DNA of 64,000 bases from positions 6,926,716-6,990,715 of the forward strand of contig MU058337.1 of NCBI GenBank assembly GCA_013265495.1. The letters run 5' to 3'. The notes beneath the pieces were generated by a model. That model did not search any database, had not been told where the DNA came from, and saw nothing but the letters and a program-made list of their open reading frames with translations. This DNA is from Vicugna vicugna. Lineage: Eukaryota. The position numbers and the translations under genes are program-made. Of this stretch, positions 51,191-64,000 are shown piece by piece; within the stretch, counting starts at the first letter, position 1; each line of letters opens with the position of its first letter.

Positions 51191-52639
51191 ATATGTATGA
51201 TTCATTAACGAAGATGAATGTATTTGCTTATGATTGGTGCTGGGATTATAAAAATGAAAAAGAAAGGCTGAAAACTCCCTGCCCTTACAAAATTTAAGTA
51301 TTGTTAGAGAAAGGCCAGTTTCTAAGTGGCAGAAGAGCAGCGGTTGAATAGCACAGACAGACACAGGAGGATGGTCGTGCCGGAAGAAGCTGGAAACGTG
51401 AACAGAGTGGAGTTAGAGGTCACTCTTCTTTTGGGCGTCATGTTTTATCATCTTCCCAGAAGTTTATGTGAGAGCATAGCTTGGTGGATTATCTGAGTCT
51501 GGAGACGTCTTATTTTCCTCCCTAGAGTTCTTTTTTTTAAATTGACTTACAGCACAATGCAGGATGACCCTGAAATGTTTATTCCCTAACCAGTAAAATA
51601 GGCACCGTAGTCACCGCAGTGTTTCGAGGAGGCTGCCACTTGCCCAGTGTGCTCTACCCTTTGACAGGTGGTGGCTAAATGCAAGATGGCAGAGCTGTGG
51701 CCCAGGTAGCAGTGCATGGCATGGGTGGTCTCAGAGAAAGCACTTTGGAGAGCAGATTCAGATTCAGATATGGTCCAGGACCTGCCTTTCAGTCTCTGTG
51801 GACGACTCTCCTTCCTTCCCCCACCTCACACGAGCCCGCCCCCCACTTCAGTAGTTTTCTCACCTGTAAGAGGAGACTTGCAGAATAAATAATCTCAAAG
51901 CTCCATGTTTCATGGTAATTGCTTTGGTCCCAGAATAACCTATGATGAAGTCAGATCAAGATCCTTGGGTTTCTCTTTCAGGTTCTAAGCTTAGTTTATC
52001 CTAAGTCCTTTGGGTTTTGAGTGATAAGAGCTGTAAGACAGGGGATATTGGATTTCCACCCAATGTAATGAACAAGACAAGTGCAAAGGGTTGGCAAGGC
52101 TGGAAATAAATAGAAGTAGTAGCAGAATTTGGAGCCAGCAGGGAATACTGTCCAGAGGGGTGAGAAGACCTGGCTGGAGCCCACAGATGACACGACTGTG
52201 AGTATAACTTTAGAAACAAGAAGGCTGGGAAATTATAGTTTCTCCTCAACTTTCCGGAAGTTTGAAATATCCCCGTAATGTGATACAGCTGGTCCTGAGT
52301 TTCTCGTAGAGTAACATTTTGAGGCTTGAGGAGTTTTCCGTGCTTACTTTCCAGGCAAGCGTATGTGCCACTTAGGGGTGGGTCCCTGCGGGCTTTGCCA
52401 GGTCCTCGGGGAGGGGCCGGGCTGAGGCTCTGTGTCAGGGTCCCCTCCTGTGGGGAGTTGTCACTGCTATGGGAGATGCAGACGTGAGTGGTGCACAGGG
52501 CTCTGTGTTGGTGTCTTTTGAACACTTGACACTTCTAAGCCAAGACTGCGTTTCTGTCAGATGGAGATAGTTGTAGTGTCTGCCCTCCAGACTCCTCATC
52601 TCCGAAGGTTGTCTAGACTCCCTTGGTCAACTTCCCTCC

Positions 52640-53130
52640 TTCACTCCTCACTTAGCGTCGCGCTCCAGAGTGCCACCAGACCACTCTTTCTAAAACACAG
52701 ATATGGTTATTAATCTCCTGCTTAAACCCCTTTCCTGACTTTCCTTTGCAGAGAAGGCAAAGCACGGCCTACTTGGCCGCTTAGGCTGACCCTGAACTTG
52801 CTTGCTGGCCTCCCTCATTTACTGCAGCTTCCAAAATGCATCCTGACCCAGGCCTTGTGCCCATCACCTGGGTGCTTTCATACCTGCGCACAGCACTTCC
52901 TTCGCCTGGCATGGCTTCACTGCTGGACCATTTCCGTTTATCCTCCAAGTCCTGGATTCACATGCCAGCTCCTCCAAGAAGCCTTTAAACTCTCTCCCCG
53001 CATCTTCCTGTAGACTATGTGCTCCTGTGGTCAGTCCTGGCATCATTATGCTAGTGTGTTAAGTCATTAGGCATCTCTGCTGTATTGTCGCTAAAGTGTG
53101 TACTCCGGTCTCCCTCACCAATTGGGGGCT
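52640..53130 (+). mobile_element. L2 fragment
   Basis: ctttctaaaacacagatatgg...ctcctgcttaaacccc...ctcctccaagaagccttt. Confidence 0.6.
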
Positions 53131-53983
53131 TATGCCCGCAGGAGTTGTGGTTTTGTTTTCTTTGTATCCTGTCTGTGACAGAATGCAAAGCTCCACTTTT
53201 TTCCCTTTTCTTCTCTGCGTGGTCACCTTTGCAGAATTTGAAGAAGGGGTTGCATAAAGGGATTCCAGGAGAAACTGGATGTGAGGATCATCCTCCTCTT
53301 CATCCTTCCCTCTTCCACCTTCATCGGTTTAGCCACCGATATTCAAATATGTTGAAATGCCAAAAAGTAACAAGGGATGCTCCCAGAGGAGACTGCTAGG
53401 CTAAATGTGTTGTGGGCATTGTGCCCCGAAACTCTGCTGTGCTTCTGTTACTTTTGATCTAAATTAAAATGTTAGCTAACACTTGTGACTTGATGACACA
53501 TGTACAAACTTGGGCGACCCAGGCCAAAACCCTTCTCCCTCTTCCTCTTTGCCAGCATCCCTTTCTGTTATCAGTGCTGCTGCTTCTCATCAGTTGCACC
53601 TGCAACTGTAGCATCATCACCTGTGATGGTTGTTGTAGGACACTTGGAAGAAATCAGTATGTGACCTTGTTACCAGGATGCCAGTAAATTGATTATATGT
53701 GGAAAGTAGTGGAGACCCACACAATGTAGGGCAAAGAAGACAGCTCTTCTCGGGGAGAAAGACTGGAAAGCGGGGTCTGTTAGCAACACTGAACAATGCA
53801 AGTCGCCTGCTTTTCTTGGCCAAGACTCTACTTGAATGTTTTGAGTCTAATGTGGTAGTTTTCCCCAAATTTGTCTTGTCTCCCCAAGTGAAAATTTCAG
53901 GGAGTGGTCTGTCCTTTGTTTTGCCATGTTTTAAAAATTACCTGTATGTTAAAAAAAAAAAGTCCATTTCGTATGGTCTTTAA

Positions 53984-54275
53984 TAGTGCTGTCTAATGGA
54001 ACTCTAGCATGAGCCATATGCATCATTTTAAATTCTTTTTTTAGCCAAATTGAAGTAAAAGAAATAGGTGTAGTTAATTTTCGTAATATAAATTCAGCCC
54101 AATATTTCCAAAGATATTATCATTTCAGCATTTAATCCTTATAAAATATCAAGGCATTGTACATTCTTTTATTCATACTATGTTTTTGAAATCTGGTGTC
54201 TATTTTACACCTATAGCATATGTGAATTCAGGATAACCACATGTGGCTAGGAGCTACTGAACTGAATAGTGCAGG
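53984..54275. mobile_element. MER33-like hAT-Charlie element
   Basis: agtgctgtctaatggaact...gtaaaagaaataggtg...ccacatgtggctag...gtgcagg; parallels 33615-33929. Confidence 0.75.
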
Positions 54276-55311
54276 TCTATAACATTCCATAGCTTACACA
54301 TTATTACACACTCCATAGCTTAAACACCTCAAACTAGAAACTTGGCATTAGTGGGTGAGTCATTGAAAGGAGTACCATATTTGTTATTCTGGTGTGAGGA
54401 GGAAATTCATGATTTAATTGTAAGGTTAGGTTTTCCTTGCAAAGCTCATGTCTTTGAAGTATTCAGAGGTAACATAAATGAGACACAACCTAATGGCATT
54501 AATATATGTCCCAGCATTCAAACCTGGTTTTTCAGGAGGATGTAGTATTTTGAAGTATGATTTGTAATGTCCTTGAAATGGAAAATGAGTATCCTTCAGG
54601 GAATGACTCTGCCTTCTGTCTGTCCTTCTGTGAGATCACAGAGCCTGGGCAGTTCAGTGCAGCTTACGTTTCTAGATCTCAGAGCGGTGCAGAAAGCCTC
54701 GGATTCCTGTCCTCGCTGGAGGTGTGGAGGCTGGAGCTCACAGTGTGAAGCAATGTTGTGCATTTCTCATACAACAAGAAGTGGAGGCATTGGCACAGCT
54801 TCCTGTTCTGGAACTCTGAAATTCCACTCCGTGAATTGCTGGTGGGTGAGGGGAAAGGTCCTGGGCTTGGGGCCAGGAGACCCACAGGTCACCATCTGTG
54901 AGACCTTTATTAATTCATGAAACCCCTCTGAGCTTCAGTTTCCCCCTCTGTGGAACGGCGATGATACAACCATAAGAGTTTAGGGGAGGTTTCTAGAGAT
55001 GATATGTGTGTGATCCAGCAAAGGTGTGTTTCTGTTATAGGGACCAGTAGTGTCTTGTATCTGAGTGACACTTGACTGAGTATGATCCCCAAGTTCCTGC
55101 TCTGCACCAGGCACTGTGTATTGAAACCCTCAATAATCCTGCGATGAAGATAAGGGAAGCTGGTACTTTCCCTATTTTCAAATGCAGATGTGGAGACTTA
55201 GTAACTTGTCCCAAGGCCACATAGCCAACAAGCAGTTGAGCCAGGATTTTAAAAAAAAACAACTTTTTAATATGAAATTCTCAAACATATGCAAAGGTAG
55301 GTAGATAAGTA

Positions 55312-55496
55312 GAGTGGTTCTCTAACTGGAGTGGGCGCCACCATCACTCACCCATGAAGGAGGCTTTGTTAAAACCCGGGTTGCATGGCCCCACCCCAGA
55401 ATTTCTGATTCAGTAGATCTAGGGTGACTGTGCATTTCTAACAAGTTCCAGGGGATGCTGGTGCTGCTGGTCTGGGACCACACTTTGAGGACACTG
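55312..55496. mobile_element. MER5A hAT MITE
   Basis: ccccaccccagaatttctgattcagtag...tgcatttctaacaagttcc...gctgctggtctgggaccacactttgag. Confidence 0.85.
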
Positions 55497-56879
55497 GGCT
55501 GTTAAAATGAACTCCTATCCACCTTTCACCACCTCCAACAATAGTGAATATTTTGGGGACCAGGATTTTAATCCTAACTCCCCACACCTGCCCTTAACTG
55601 GTCTCTGAATGCTCTTTTCTGGTGACGAAGTGTGCAGAAACTCTCGTGGACTGAAAATGTGTTATGGATATTCCCTTCCCCAACTCTGGTATGTTTAGGT
55701 AAGTAGCTTAAAGTAAGTTGTTTTGAAATCGGACTAAATCTGGCTTTTAGAGCCTTTTAGCTTAATTACTTGACCCCTTCATTTCAGAGTTCCAAAAATA
55801 TCTTTTATTGACATAGGAAGAATTAAGAATTTTTAGGCCATAAGGCTAAAAAAAAGTGGAGGGAGATGGGTTATTGGCTAGAACAGAGTCTGTAGTATGG
55901 ATTTAAGATAGAATCATTTAGGGACCCACCACGGAGCATCTCTTCCTCTCTTGCTTTCATCACCACTCTTACAGGTGAAAAAATGGTGGGCAGAATGAGC
56001 AGCTGGGGTGGTGGGTGTGGGACACACACGCTGAGCCGCCTCTCAGACCCCTGCCTGCTCTCTCCCCCTTCTCCTCACGCTCTTCTTTGCGTTTCTTTGG
56101 CTCATGCCCTGGGTCAGGACAGAAGGAAGATACCTGAGGCGCTCTCCACAGGGGCGATGTCCCCATCCCACTCAGCTCTCTCCTCGTGCTCCAGGGCCTG
56201 TCTGGCCCTCTCTTCTGCTCTCTGTGGCATCCTCATTGGGCACAGCCAACTGAATGCAGCAGTTACGCAAGTTTCCATCCCATTTTCTAGATGCTATCGA
56301 TCTGACAGTTTTTCATAGTCTTTAATTCTGTTTATTTCAGTAATTGGATAATAATTCTGGAAAACCACAGTTATTTATAAAAAAGACAAATGCAAAACCC
56401 AGGCTCTTTTCCTTCCATCAAATTGATTGATTTTGAGTGTCCAAGTTTTGCTTGTACTGGCATGCCTAATTAAATAGAATTTTTCAAGTGACAAGTTCTC
56501 TCACTTGAGTGCTCTTTTTAGTACTGTATAAAAAGGGAATCCAACATCTTATCAGTGCCTTTAATATAAAAAGCTATACTCACAAGTGTGTCATTCTTGG
56601 TGTTAATCTGTTCTGGGGATAACACTGCATTTCAGTGTGAGAAATATATTTAGGTGTCTGAGAGTTTGGTGTTCATTATGCGTTCTTCTAAACATTCTCT
56701 GGTTCATTAGCTGTTGTGGTTTAACGCTCAGGTTTGAGACTGAGCGTGCTTCTCAGTCCAAGCTTAGATGGGGTTCTCTTTTTCCTCTAGATTTCTATAT
56801 CACGTGCTTGTGTTTGTTGCCAGTGAACATGCAAAAATTTAAAATATAGAGGCTGCAGGGAAGAGCAGGAACCAGGAAG

Positions 56880-57040
56880 AGCATGGCCCAGGGGTCAGAA
56901 GACCTGGGATCCAGGCCCAGCTTTGCCAGCAACTCCTTCTGGGGCCTCAGGACAGTCACTTAACTCCCATCCATGCACCGACGTGTCCCTATCTGTAAGA
57001 TGAGAGACCTGGACCAGATAATCTCAGGTTCTGATGTTTG
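56880..57040 (+). mobile_element. MIR SINE fragment
   Basis: gtcagaagacctggg...cccagctttgcc...agtcacttaac...atctgtaagatgag. Confidence 0.65.
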
Positions 57041-57499
57041 TACAATTGAAGTTCTGACGTTACCAAACCTGCTCCTTTTAAACATGTATGATTCTAAACA
57101 GCTGTTGAGACAGTTGTTCCTACACACATTGATGAACAGTCTGTAGAGAGGAACATGGATCACTGGGGAGAATGTGAAAATATTTTGATTATCATGGTCT
57201 CCTAAGTTATAATGTGCTGGGTTAAGGGAAGAAGCGCATGTCTACTGCAAGGAGATGGGAGGCCATTTTCCACATCTGGAGGATGTTTGGACCTAGTTTC
57301 ACATCTCTCCGTCTCTTTGCTCCTGCATGGTTTGCTGGCTTCCTTAGGGCCCTCCTCAACATGGCCCACCTGCCACTCTGGTCTCCTCTTTCATCACCGG
57401 CCGTAGTCCAGGGGTGGCCTTGAGACCTGTGGGTACCCCAGATGAGCTAATCTGCCCAGCTATTCTGAACTGCCTGCTGCTTCCTGAACTCACCATGCT

Positions 57500-57655
57500 C
57501 AGAGGGGATTCACCCTGAAACTAAAGAAGCTTCAGTTTCAGGATCCCTTCCCAGGAAGAGACTCCCACAACTTCCTATTCATAACTTTGTATTTTTTTTA
57601 ACCTTCCCCCTCTGATTATATAGATTTCAAGCCCTACAAAATCTGGTGTATCCAT
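57500..57655. mobile_element. MER53-like hAT MITE, opposite orientation to the 24853 copy
   Basis: agaggggattcaccctgaaactaaagaagcttcagtttcagg...ttcaagccctacaaaatctgg. Confidence 0.5.
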
Positions 57656-59867
57656 GATCATGTTTCCTGGCTTCTCCATTTTCTCTTCGAGGAATTCCCA
57701 GTCCACCCTGACTCCTGGCTGATTCCTGCATCTCTTAGACTCAGCTCTAACTACCTCCTTTAAGAAGCACCCACGTTGTTGGGCTCCTTCATTCACTGAG
57801 TGCCTGTGCTGTTCCAGGAGCTGGACAAAGCAGTAATAGTATAAATATAATATAGTAAATAAGACAGAAATCTTTGCTGTCATGGGGCTTGTAATCTGAC
57901 TCGGGTGGGAGTCAGGTTCATTCTAGTGGGTCAGATGCCACTCCTGGGTCCCCATTGCTGTCAGTCATCCTGCTCCAGATTATTCACAAATCCACCTTCC
58001 CTCAGGATCGTGGGCTTCCTGGTGCCGGGGCTGTGTGTTCTTTATCCCACTGTCCCAAAGACCAGGAGCACGGTGCACACGGACAGACTCAGTAAAAATC
58101 TGCCGAGAGAAGGAGCACAGATCTGCTCATCACATTTGCACGCGAGGATGGGAGGCAGCTGCTCATTTCCCGTACACACTCTAGGTATAGGAAACTGGGG
58201 TTTCTTCCTTCAGGTTTGCCAACTTCAAGAAGTCCTGGTGGGAGTGTCCAGTGAGTGAGAGTTGTATGTAGGACGGTAGTGCAGAAAGGCTGGCGGAGCC
58301 ACACTGATTAACGTCCGGCTTCAGAGGCCCCTTCCTTCTTACCGCAAGCTGCATTGTCCCCTCCCCAGCCGCGTTGCGGGGGTCTTGTTGACAGTGTTGA
58401 GAAGTGCCCCATTTTGAAAGCGGACTCAATTCCGTGAAGGATTTTTATCTCAGCCAATCAGGTATCTTTTGTAGCTCTGCAGATAAATCAAGGAAGTCCT
58501 AAATTCTTTATAAGCAGAAATGATGCATTTCTCATTTCTAAAAATAGAATGCTCCAAGAGTTGCCATTTCCTTAGTTTTGCTATTTCAAGAAGTGGCTTT
58601 CAGGGTTTCAGCTTGTGTTAACATTTAATTACCAGGCACACAAAGGAAAGAAATGACTGGAAAGTTCACGGGAAGCCATCATGACAGAGGGCAGAGCAGT
58701 AGGTTCAGAAAGCCTTTTTATTTAGCTCTTCCCGTGCTTTTCGAGGCTTCATACATGTTTGGCCAACACTGAACTCATTTGTGGGCTGATGCTCTCCAGT
58801 TCTGCTGGATTCCAGAGGAATCTCATTTTCCTGGCACTGAGAAGACTCCCTGGCTTCTGATTGCCATTGAAGCTGAAATTTCAGTTTGCGTGGTTGTTGA
58901 GCAGCCAGAACCAAAGCCACAAATGCTGTGTGGGAAGGACTGAGTTAGGACAGCCTCCAGGGGAGATCGCGGGGAGGGCACGTGGGTCATGCTCTTTGGC
59001 ACCTGTGGGAGCCGCATGCTCACTGGAGGTGGCCTGCTGCGCTGCTGTGACCAGTAGATGGGGCCTGGTGGCCTTGGTGTCAGCGGCTCACCTGTGCCCA
59101 TGTTGTCCCTTGAAATGCAGCTGCTGCTCCCCAGCATCTGCTCACGTGGCCCTGGCCTCAGGCTGTTTTAGTGAGGCTCCTGATTCTTTGACAGATACCC
59201 ATCTGTGGGTCTTGACAAGTCTGCCTCCATCCCGGGTGAGTGCCACATAACCCTCTTTGAGCAGCGTCCGTTGGGGTTCACACCTGCCCCCTTCTTTGCA
59301 GTGTCCGATCCTCCTGGTCCCATGAAGCTGCCCTGAGTGGGTGGGTCTAAAGTGCTTCTGTATACACCCTGACCCTCGACTGTTCTTCTCAGTCCTTCTT
59401 GACACCAGCTTCATCGGTCCTCATTTCAGTTCATAATGCAATAGGCATCTATTTGTGTTTTCTTTGGGCTCAGTCTCTGAGTTCCACTGTCATCTGTATT
59501 GATTAGGGTATAGTTTTCTCCATGTTATGTCTTGTTTCTCCTTCTTTGAGAAAGTCCCAGCCATTGTCATCTTGTTTATTTAGTATATTTCTGGAAGATA
59601 GAGGAAAGTTTCTGTAAACAGATGGGTAAAATTGAATGTGCGTGGAGTACTCACTCGAAAACAAAATTACGATTACTGTCATGCACGCAATACATTTAAT
59701 AGTAATGTAATAATAGTAGCTACTTTTATTATGTGTTCACTGTTTGCCAGGCTGTGAGGAGCATTAACTCACTGGGGTGCAGTAACAGCCCCAAGTAACT
59801 GCACAGCTCAGCTTTCTTAACCTTCAATTTGATCAGTGTCCGTGGGGTGTGGTATATATGGCCATAT

Positions 59868-60630
59868 CGAGGCAGATCTGGGTTTTCTGAGCAGTGAAGC
59901 TTAGAATTTGAGGGGAGGCTTTAAGAAAAGTAACTCAGAATTATAAATACAAAATAAGGCATGGAAGTGAATAGTGATTTAGAATTTGAGAAGAAACCAC
60001 AGCGAATTACAAAATTTAAAAAGCTAACCCAAATTATCAACATTGGAAATACAGGAAAACAACACATTTTTGTCAGTGAACCTCCTGACATACCTCAGTG
60101 ATATTTTCTTCCCTACATTTTTTTGGCATCATACTCCTGTCATCTCTTCATACAATCATGATTTTGTATTATCATTCTGTGTCGCAAGAATAGATAATTC
60201 AGTCTTTCCTGTAGCAAGATTATTTGAAATTTGCATTTAATTAGTCAGAGTTTAGAAAAGTTTCTTCTAGCTTTGCAACGTTTGGCAACATCCCATAAAC
60301 CTTTTAGGACTGGATAACCTCTGTTAGGGTTCTTTCATACGGCAGCTGTGTGAGTTGGGGCATTCTCAGTTTGTGTAATGACTGCTCTCAAATACCTCCA
60401 GGCAGTCTGTCTGCGTTGCAATATGGCCTCTGTGTTGTGCCGCCACGTCACTCTGTTTACATGACATTGGGTGGACCGACATAGTGGGCCGTGTTTCTGT
60501 AAGTCTTCCTAAACCAAGATGCCAAGCCACAGTTGACCTCTACAGGGATGTGTATGGGGCCTGAAGAGAGGTCTGTGCAAGTGAGGGGCATTCAGCTGCT
60601 TTAACCCACAGTCAATACGTCTGTGTCCTG
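59868..60630. mobile_element. hAT-Tip100 (Arthur1/MER53-related) non-autonomous element
   Basis: Ends resemble MER53 (gaggcagatctgggtttt...ctttaagaaaa; gggcctgaagagaggtctgtgcaagtgagggg) around a longer AT-rich interior. Confidence 0.55.
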
Positions 60631-61534
60631 GGCTAGATGTGGAGAGATCAGGATACCTGGCCCTGCCCCAAGGCACGTACAGTCAAGGTGATAAGCTAGC
60701 TGTTCATGGGTCATTTCAATCCAGGGCAGGAGGAACTGCCCACCTGGGACTGCTACTAACAACAGTCAGAGAAGGGGCAGGGTCCCTTTTAATGGGCTGA
60801 GGTGGTGCCCCAGTTATAAAGCCAATGACTGCAGGCCCTGGGGCTAGAGCAACTCTGCTTTAACTTTTTGGGGCATATTTGTCTGTGTGAGATTTGTTTT
60901 TGAGAAGAACGATTCTGCTGCTAAAGTCAAACATCTGTGGACCGCTGCCCGAAGGACTGTAGGACTCTGACAGGTGCGTAGGTGTGGGGAGTGACGGGAG
61001 CAGGCTCGTCAGGAGCAGTGAACCGCCCGCACGGCTCATGTCGGGGCCCCAGGGCTAGAGACCTGGCTGCAGCCTGTGCATCTGCCTGTCTAAGAGGGGC
61101 TGTGCTGTCAAGTTAAGGAATTCAGAACCCTGCCCCCCTGAAGAACTGTCATTCTTCTCAGCACTCGTGAAGCATCACTTGCTTGGTGAAGTGAGAAAAT
61201 TTCGCAATCCATGGACGGCAATTGGTGGTACCTCCTCCCTTAGCTCAGCGTTAGCCTCTGCCAGCACTTGTCACTGTACTGAATTTGGTGTCCACGAGTC
61301 CACCTCTCCCACTAGTCCAGGGTTTCTTTGACTCAGTTCCATGGCTGTTCTCCGGGAAGGACAACTCTCCCCCCAAAACAGGGTATAAAATGTGTGTACA
61401 TATTTCTATGGGGAGGGAGCCCATGGCCTCAGAGAGGTGTGTAACCCCAAGAAGGTTAAGGAGCTCAGCGCTGGGCTTGTTTCTTGTTCACCCCTGAACT
61501 TACAAATTCCAGCACAGTCCTTGGGGCGTCATGA

Positions 61535-61702
61535 TAGACCAGGGGTTCTTCAGAACCCCCAGAGAGCTTGTTCAAGCACTATCCCCACTCCTGGAATTTG
61601 TGATTCAGGTTTGGGATGGGGCTTCAGAATTTAGAATCTGTATCCACTTCTTACATGATGCTGACAGTGCTGTTCCTGGGACCCCACTTTGAGAACCACT
61701 TT
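61535..61702. mobile_element. MER5A-like MITE
   Basis: tgattcaggtttgggatgggg...tgatgctgacagtgctg...accccactttgagaaccact. Confidence 0.75.
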
Positions 61703-62183
61703 TGTGAACTGAAAGTGGGTCCTTTCAGTCCTCTCCCTGATTTCACACTCACCGAGAAATGAATGTTCATAGATAAGGACTTTTAACCTCCAGATGGGGA
61801 AGAAAGCTTAAGGGCTTGTGTGCGGATTGAGTTATTACATTTTTACACACTATAAAAGCATCATACTTTGTAAGAACAAGTGCAGATAAAAAGATGCACT
61901 TTTGAAAAGAGCACACAGTCACACATCCTACATGTTTTGAGTCTCGTAGACTCGGGAGCTTCCTGAGCCCTGTCGTGCTTAGAGAAACACAGTGTCTTGG
62001 AATATTTTAAAACTCAAATCAGTCAATTTGCAGGGTTCTACAACAAAGTACTTCCGATGCACTTCTAGTCACTGACTAGTGATCAATTTGGGTAATTCTG
62101 GGCCCCAGTTTTTCCTTTTGAAGATAAAAAATCAAGTGCTTGTATGTCAATTATGCCTCAATTGGAAAAAAAAAGTAGTTTTT

Positions 62184-62714
62184 TGTATGATCAGGCCTCA
62201 TAAGATGGCTGCTGTCTTGCTCTCTGTGCTTCCCTGCGTGACCCTGCCCTCCCTCACCCTTACCGTATGTGCACGAGTGCCTCCCCATCCTAAGCTGAAA
62301 GTTTGATCAGTAACTACCCATGTGATTGGCTGCACCCCTAGCTGATGATTGTTCTAGCCCTCGGACCGGAATGGTTCCAGTGTGTTCGATCATCATCCAG
62401 AAACAGCAGTCTTGCGACAGCTGCTAACCCAGAGAGCTGTAGGGGGACGCGTCCCAGCCACCCTTCTGGCAACCAAGGAGCCCTTCTGACATCATGCCCC
62501 CTGTAAGTGATAGCCGCCTCCTCCCCTGTGTAGCAAACTATGTCCTACCTGCCGTTGGCCATACGCAGTGAGGTGTCGCCCCAAGACCTTTGCCTGTGAT
62601 GGAAGATTCCCTGTCCAACGAATCATTGATGTTGCTGTCACTGACTCTGGGTTCTTTCTTTGGTCTCATGGGTGGGGAGTCGGAAGGATGGCAGGACTGG
62701 GATGTAGCCCAACA
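62184..62714 (+). mobile_element. ERVL-class solo LTR (MER54/73/74-like)
   Basis: TG...CA ends (tgtatgatcagg ... gtagcccaaca); aagatggc near the 5' end; ctctgggttctttctttgg U5-like segment. Confidence 0.6.
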
Positions 62715-63871
62715 CTCTTGGAGTTACGTCACCAGGAGAAGCACTGAACTGAAGTGTGTTGAGGTGGCTTTAAAGCCAGGCCGTGTGCCAGATCTGTGCT
62801 AAGCCTGCTTCTTCTAAGCCAAGAGTAGTTATGGGCAGTCTGGTAATTAGCCTAAGTTCATTTTGTTGTTAGTGTGACATTCCTGTCGCCAGTGATGGCC
62901 AGTTTCCTACACCAGGGGCCTGTCCCCCCCCACGTGTGACCAGCTGGAAGAGCTTAGTGGAGCTGAAGAGCAGTGAACAGCTGTAACCAGTGAATCATCA
63001 GTTTAAAGAAGAGGAGAAAATAGGAGATTATGGTCTTAACCCGTAGTTTGGTAGATAGAGAGGTGTGGCTTCCCACAGGCCCACCTCAAGTCTTCCAAGC
63101 TCCTCTCTTCTACCATTTCTTTTTCCTTTTTCTGTCTTCATCTTTTCCTTATGTTTCCTCCATCTCAGCATCTTTTGCCTCCCCAACCCCTAGGTGTCTG
63201 TCACTTTTGTCCCCTCGCCATCTCCTTCTTGTCCCTCTTCCTTTCTTTCCTTCATCATTCTCAGCCTCTTCTCCTCTGATAGTTTCTTTCCTCCTCCTAA
63301 GAGCCACGAGTAGAAGCGAGGTGTTGTGCCAGCTGTTTGTATTTAAAGCGAGAGCTTTTTTGCCTTGTACTTAACTTACGTAGCCGTGAGTCCCTCTCCG
63401 TTGGCCCCTTTTCCTTGGAGTCAGTGGTTCTCTCTGGGACAGTGTTCCCTGCAGCTGAGGAAGACCTTTGCCCATTCAGGTCTCCAGGAGTCGTTTCATT
63501 GAGCGACTTCAGGGTTTGTCTAAGTTTCGAATCTTCCGAGTCCTGGGGACCAAAGAAGACATGTTATTCTTCCATGAGATTTCCCTCATGCTGTTCTTCT
63601 GCAGGCCTTCTTGCTTAACATGCACCATCAGTCTTTAACAGAGATGTTGGCTTATAAACTCTCCATATATTTCCTGTGGTTGAGCATTGGTGTGCATAGA
63701 CCCTTAACAAGGCAGCCTGGAGAAGAGAGAGTTCTGACTGACAGAAGACTGCATTCTAGTCCAGTCTGCTGGTTACTTGGTGGGACATTTCAAGAGATGA
63801 GCTCAATTTGTGATCCTCAGTTTCCAGCCTCAGTAAAATGGAGAGATGTTTCCATGCCTGCCTTAGAGTGG

Positions 63872-64000
63872 TGTTAAAAGATAAACTGAGGCATATTAAA
63901 CATTTTAAGAGTTTATTTGAGCGAAAATCAATTCGAATTGGGCACCACCCAATTCCCAGTGGTTGGCAGCGCGCTGGCAACAGGAGGTGGGGGGAGACTT
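63872..64000 (-). mobile_element. ERV1-class LTR end, truncated by the window edge
   Basis: tgttaaaagataaactgaggc...agagtttatttgagc (AATAAA on the minus strand). Confidence 0.6.

Larger units (their letters stand above)
1..64000 (+). other. DOCK9: 5' intronic region of DOCK9 containing alternative first exons; shared exon 2 lies beyond the window
   Basis: Two exons encode recognisable DOCK9 isoform N-termini on +; no AKPKLIEPLDYE-coding exon seen; almost all L1 fragments are antisense, as expected inside a + strand gene. Confidence 0.9.

Noticed and set aside
58300..58420. Mild CpG clusters here and at ~60940-61050
   Set aside because: Too short and weak, with no supporting exon or motif structure

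Overview
Mammalian genomic DNA, most likely camelid, judged from two Vic-1-type tRNA-derived SINEs and camelid/artiodactyl-type L1 3' ends. The window lies in the long 5' intronic region of DOCK9 (Zizimin1, a Cdc42 GEF) on the + strand. It holds two recognisable alternative first coding exons: MGCTTS... (11796-11957) and MQADKC... (45691-45816). Both end in phase-0 GT donors; the shared downstream exon (AKPKLIEPLDYE...) is not in the window. A third, unrecognised exon with the same architecture (strong Kozak ATG, 48 codons, phase-0 CAA|GTAAGT donor) lies at 47316-47459. The rest is intron filled with L1, L2, MIR, MaLR/ERVL/ERV1 LTRs, an ERV-L pol/dUTPase fossil, hAT/Tigger MITEs and microsatellites. 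The most notable observations are: a predicted myristoylated/palmitoylated DOCK9 N-terminus behind stacked uORFs; the candidate new first exon; in-frame splice acceptors in front of the first exons; and a tailless 5'-half tRNA-Ile(TAT) retrocopy with a perfect 15-bp target-site duplication. There is no prokaryotic-type system, CRISPR array or complete gene. Gene and repeat-family names are from recognition or memory, not database searches, and repeat boundaries are approximate.
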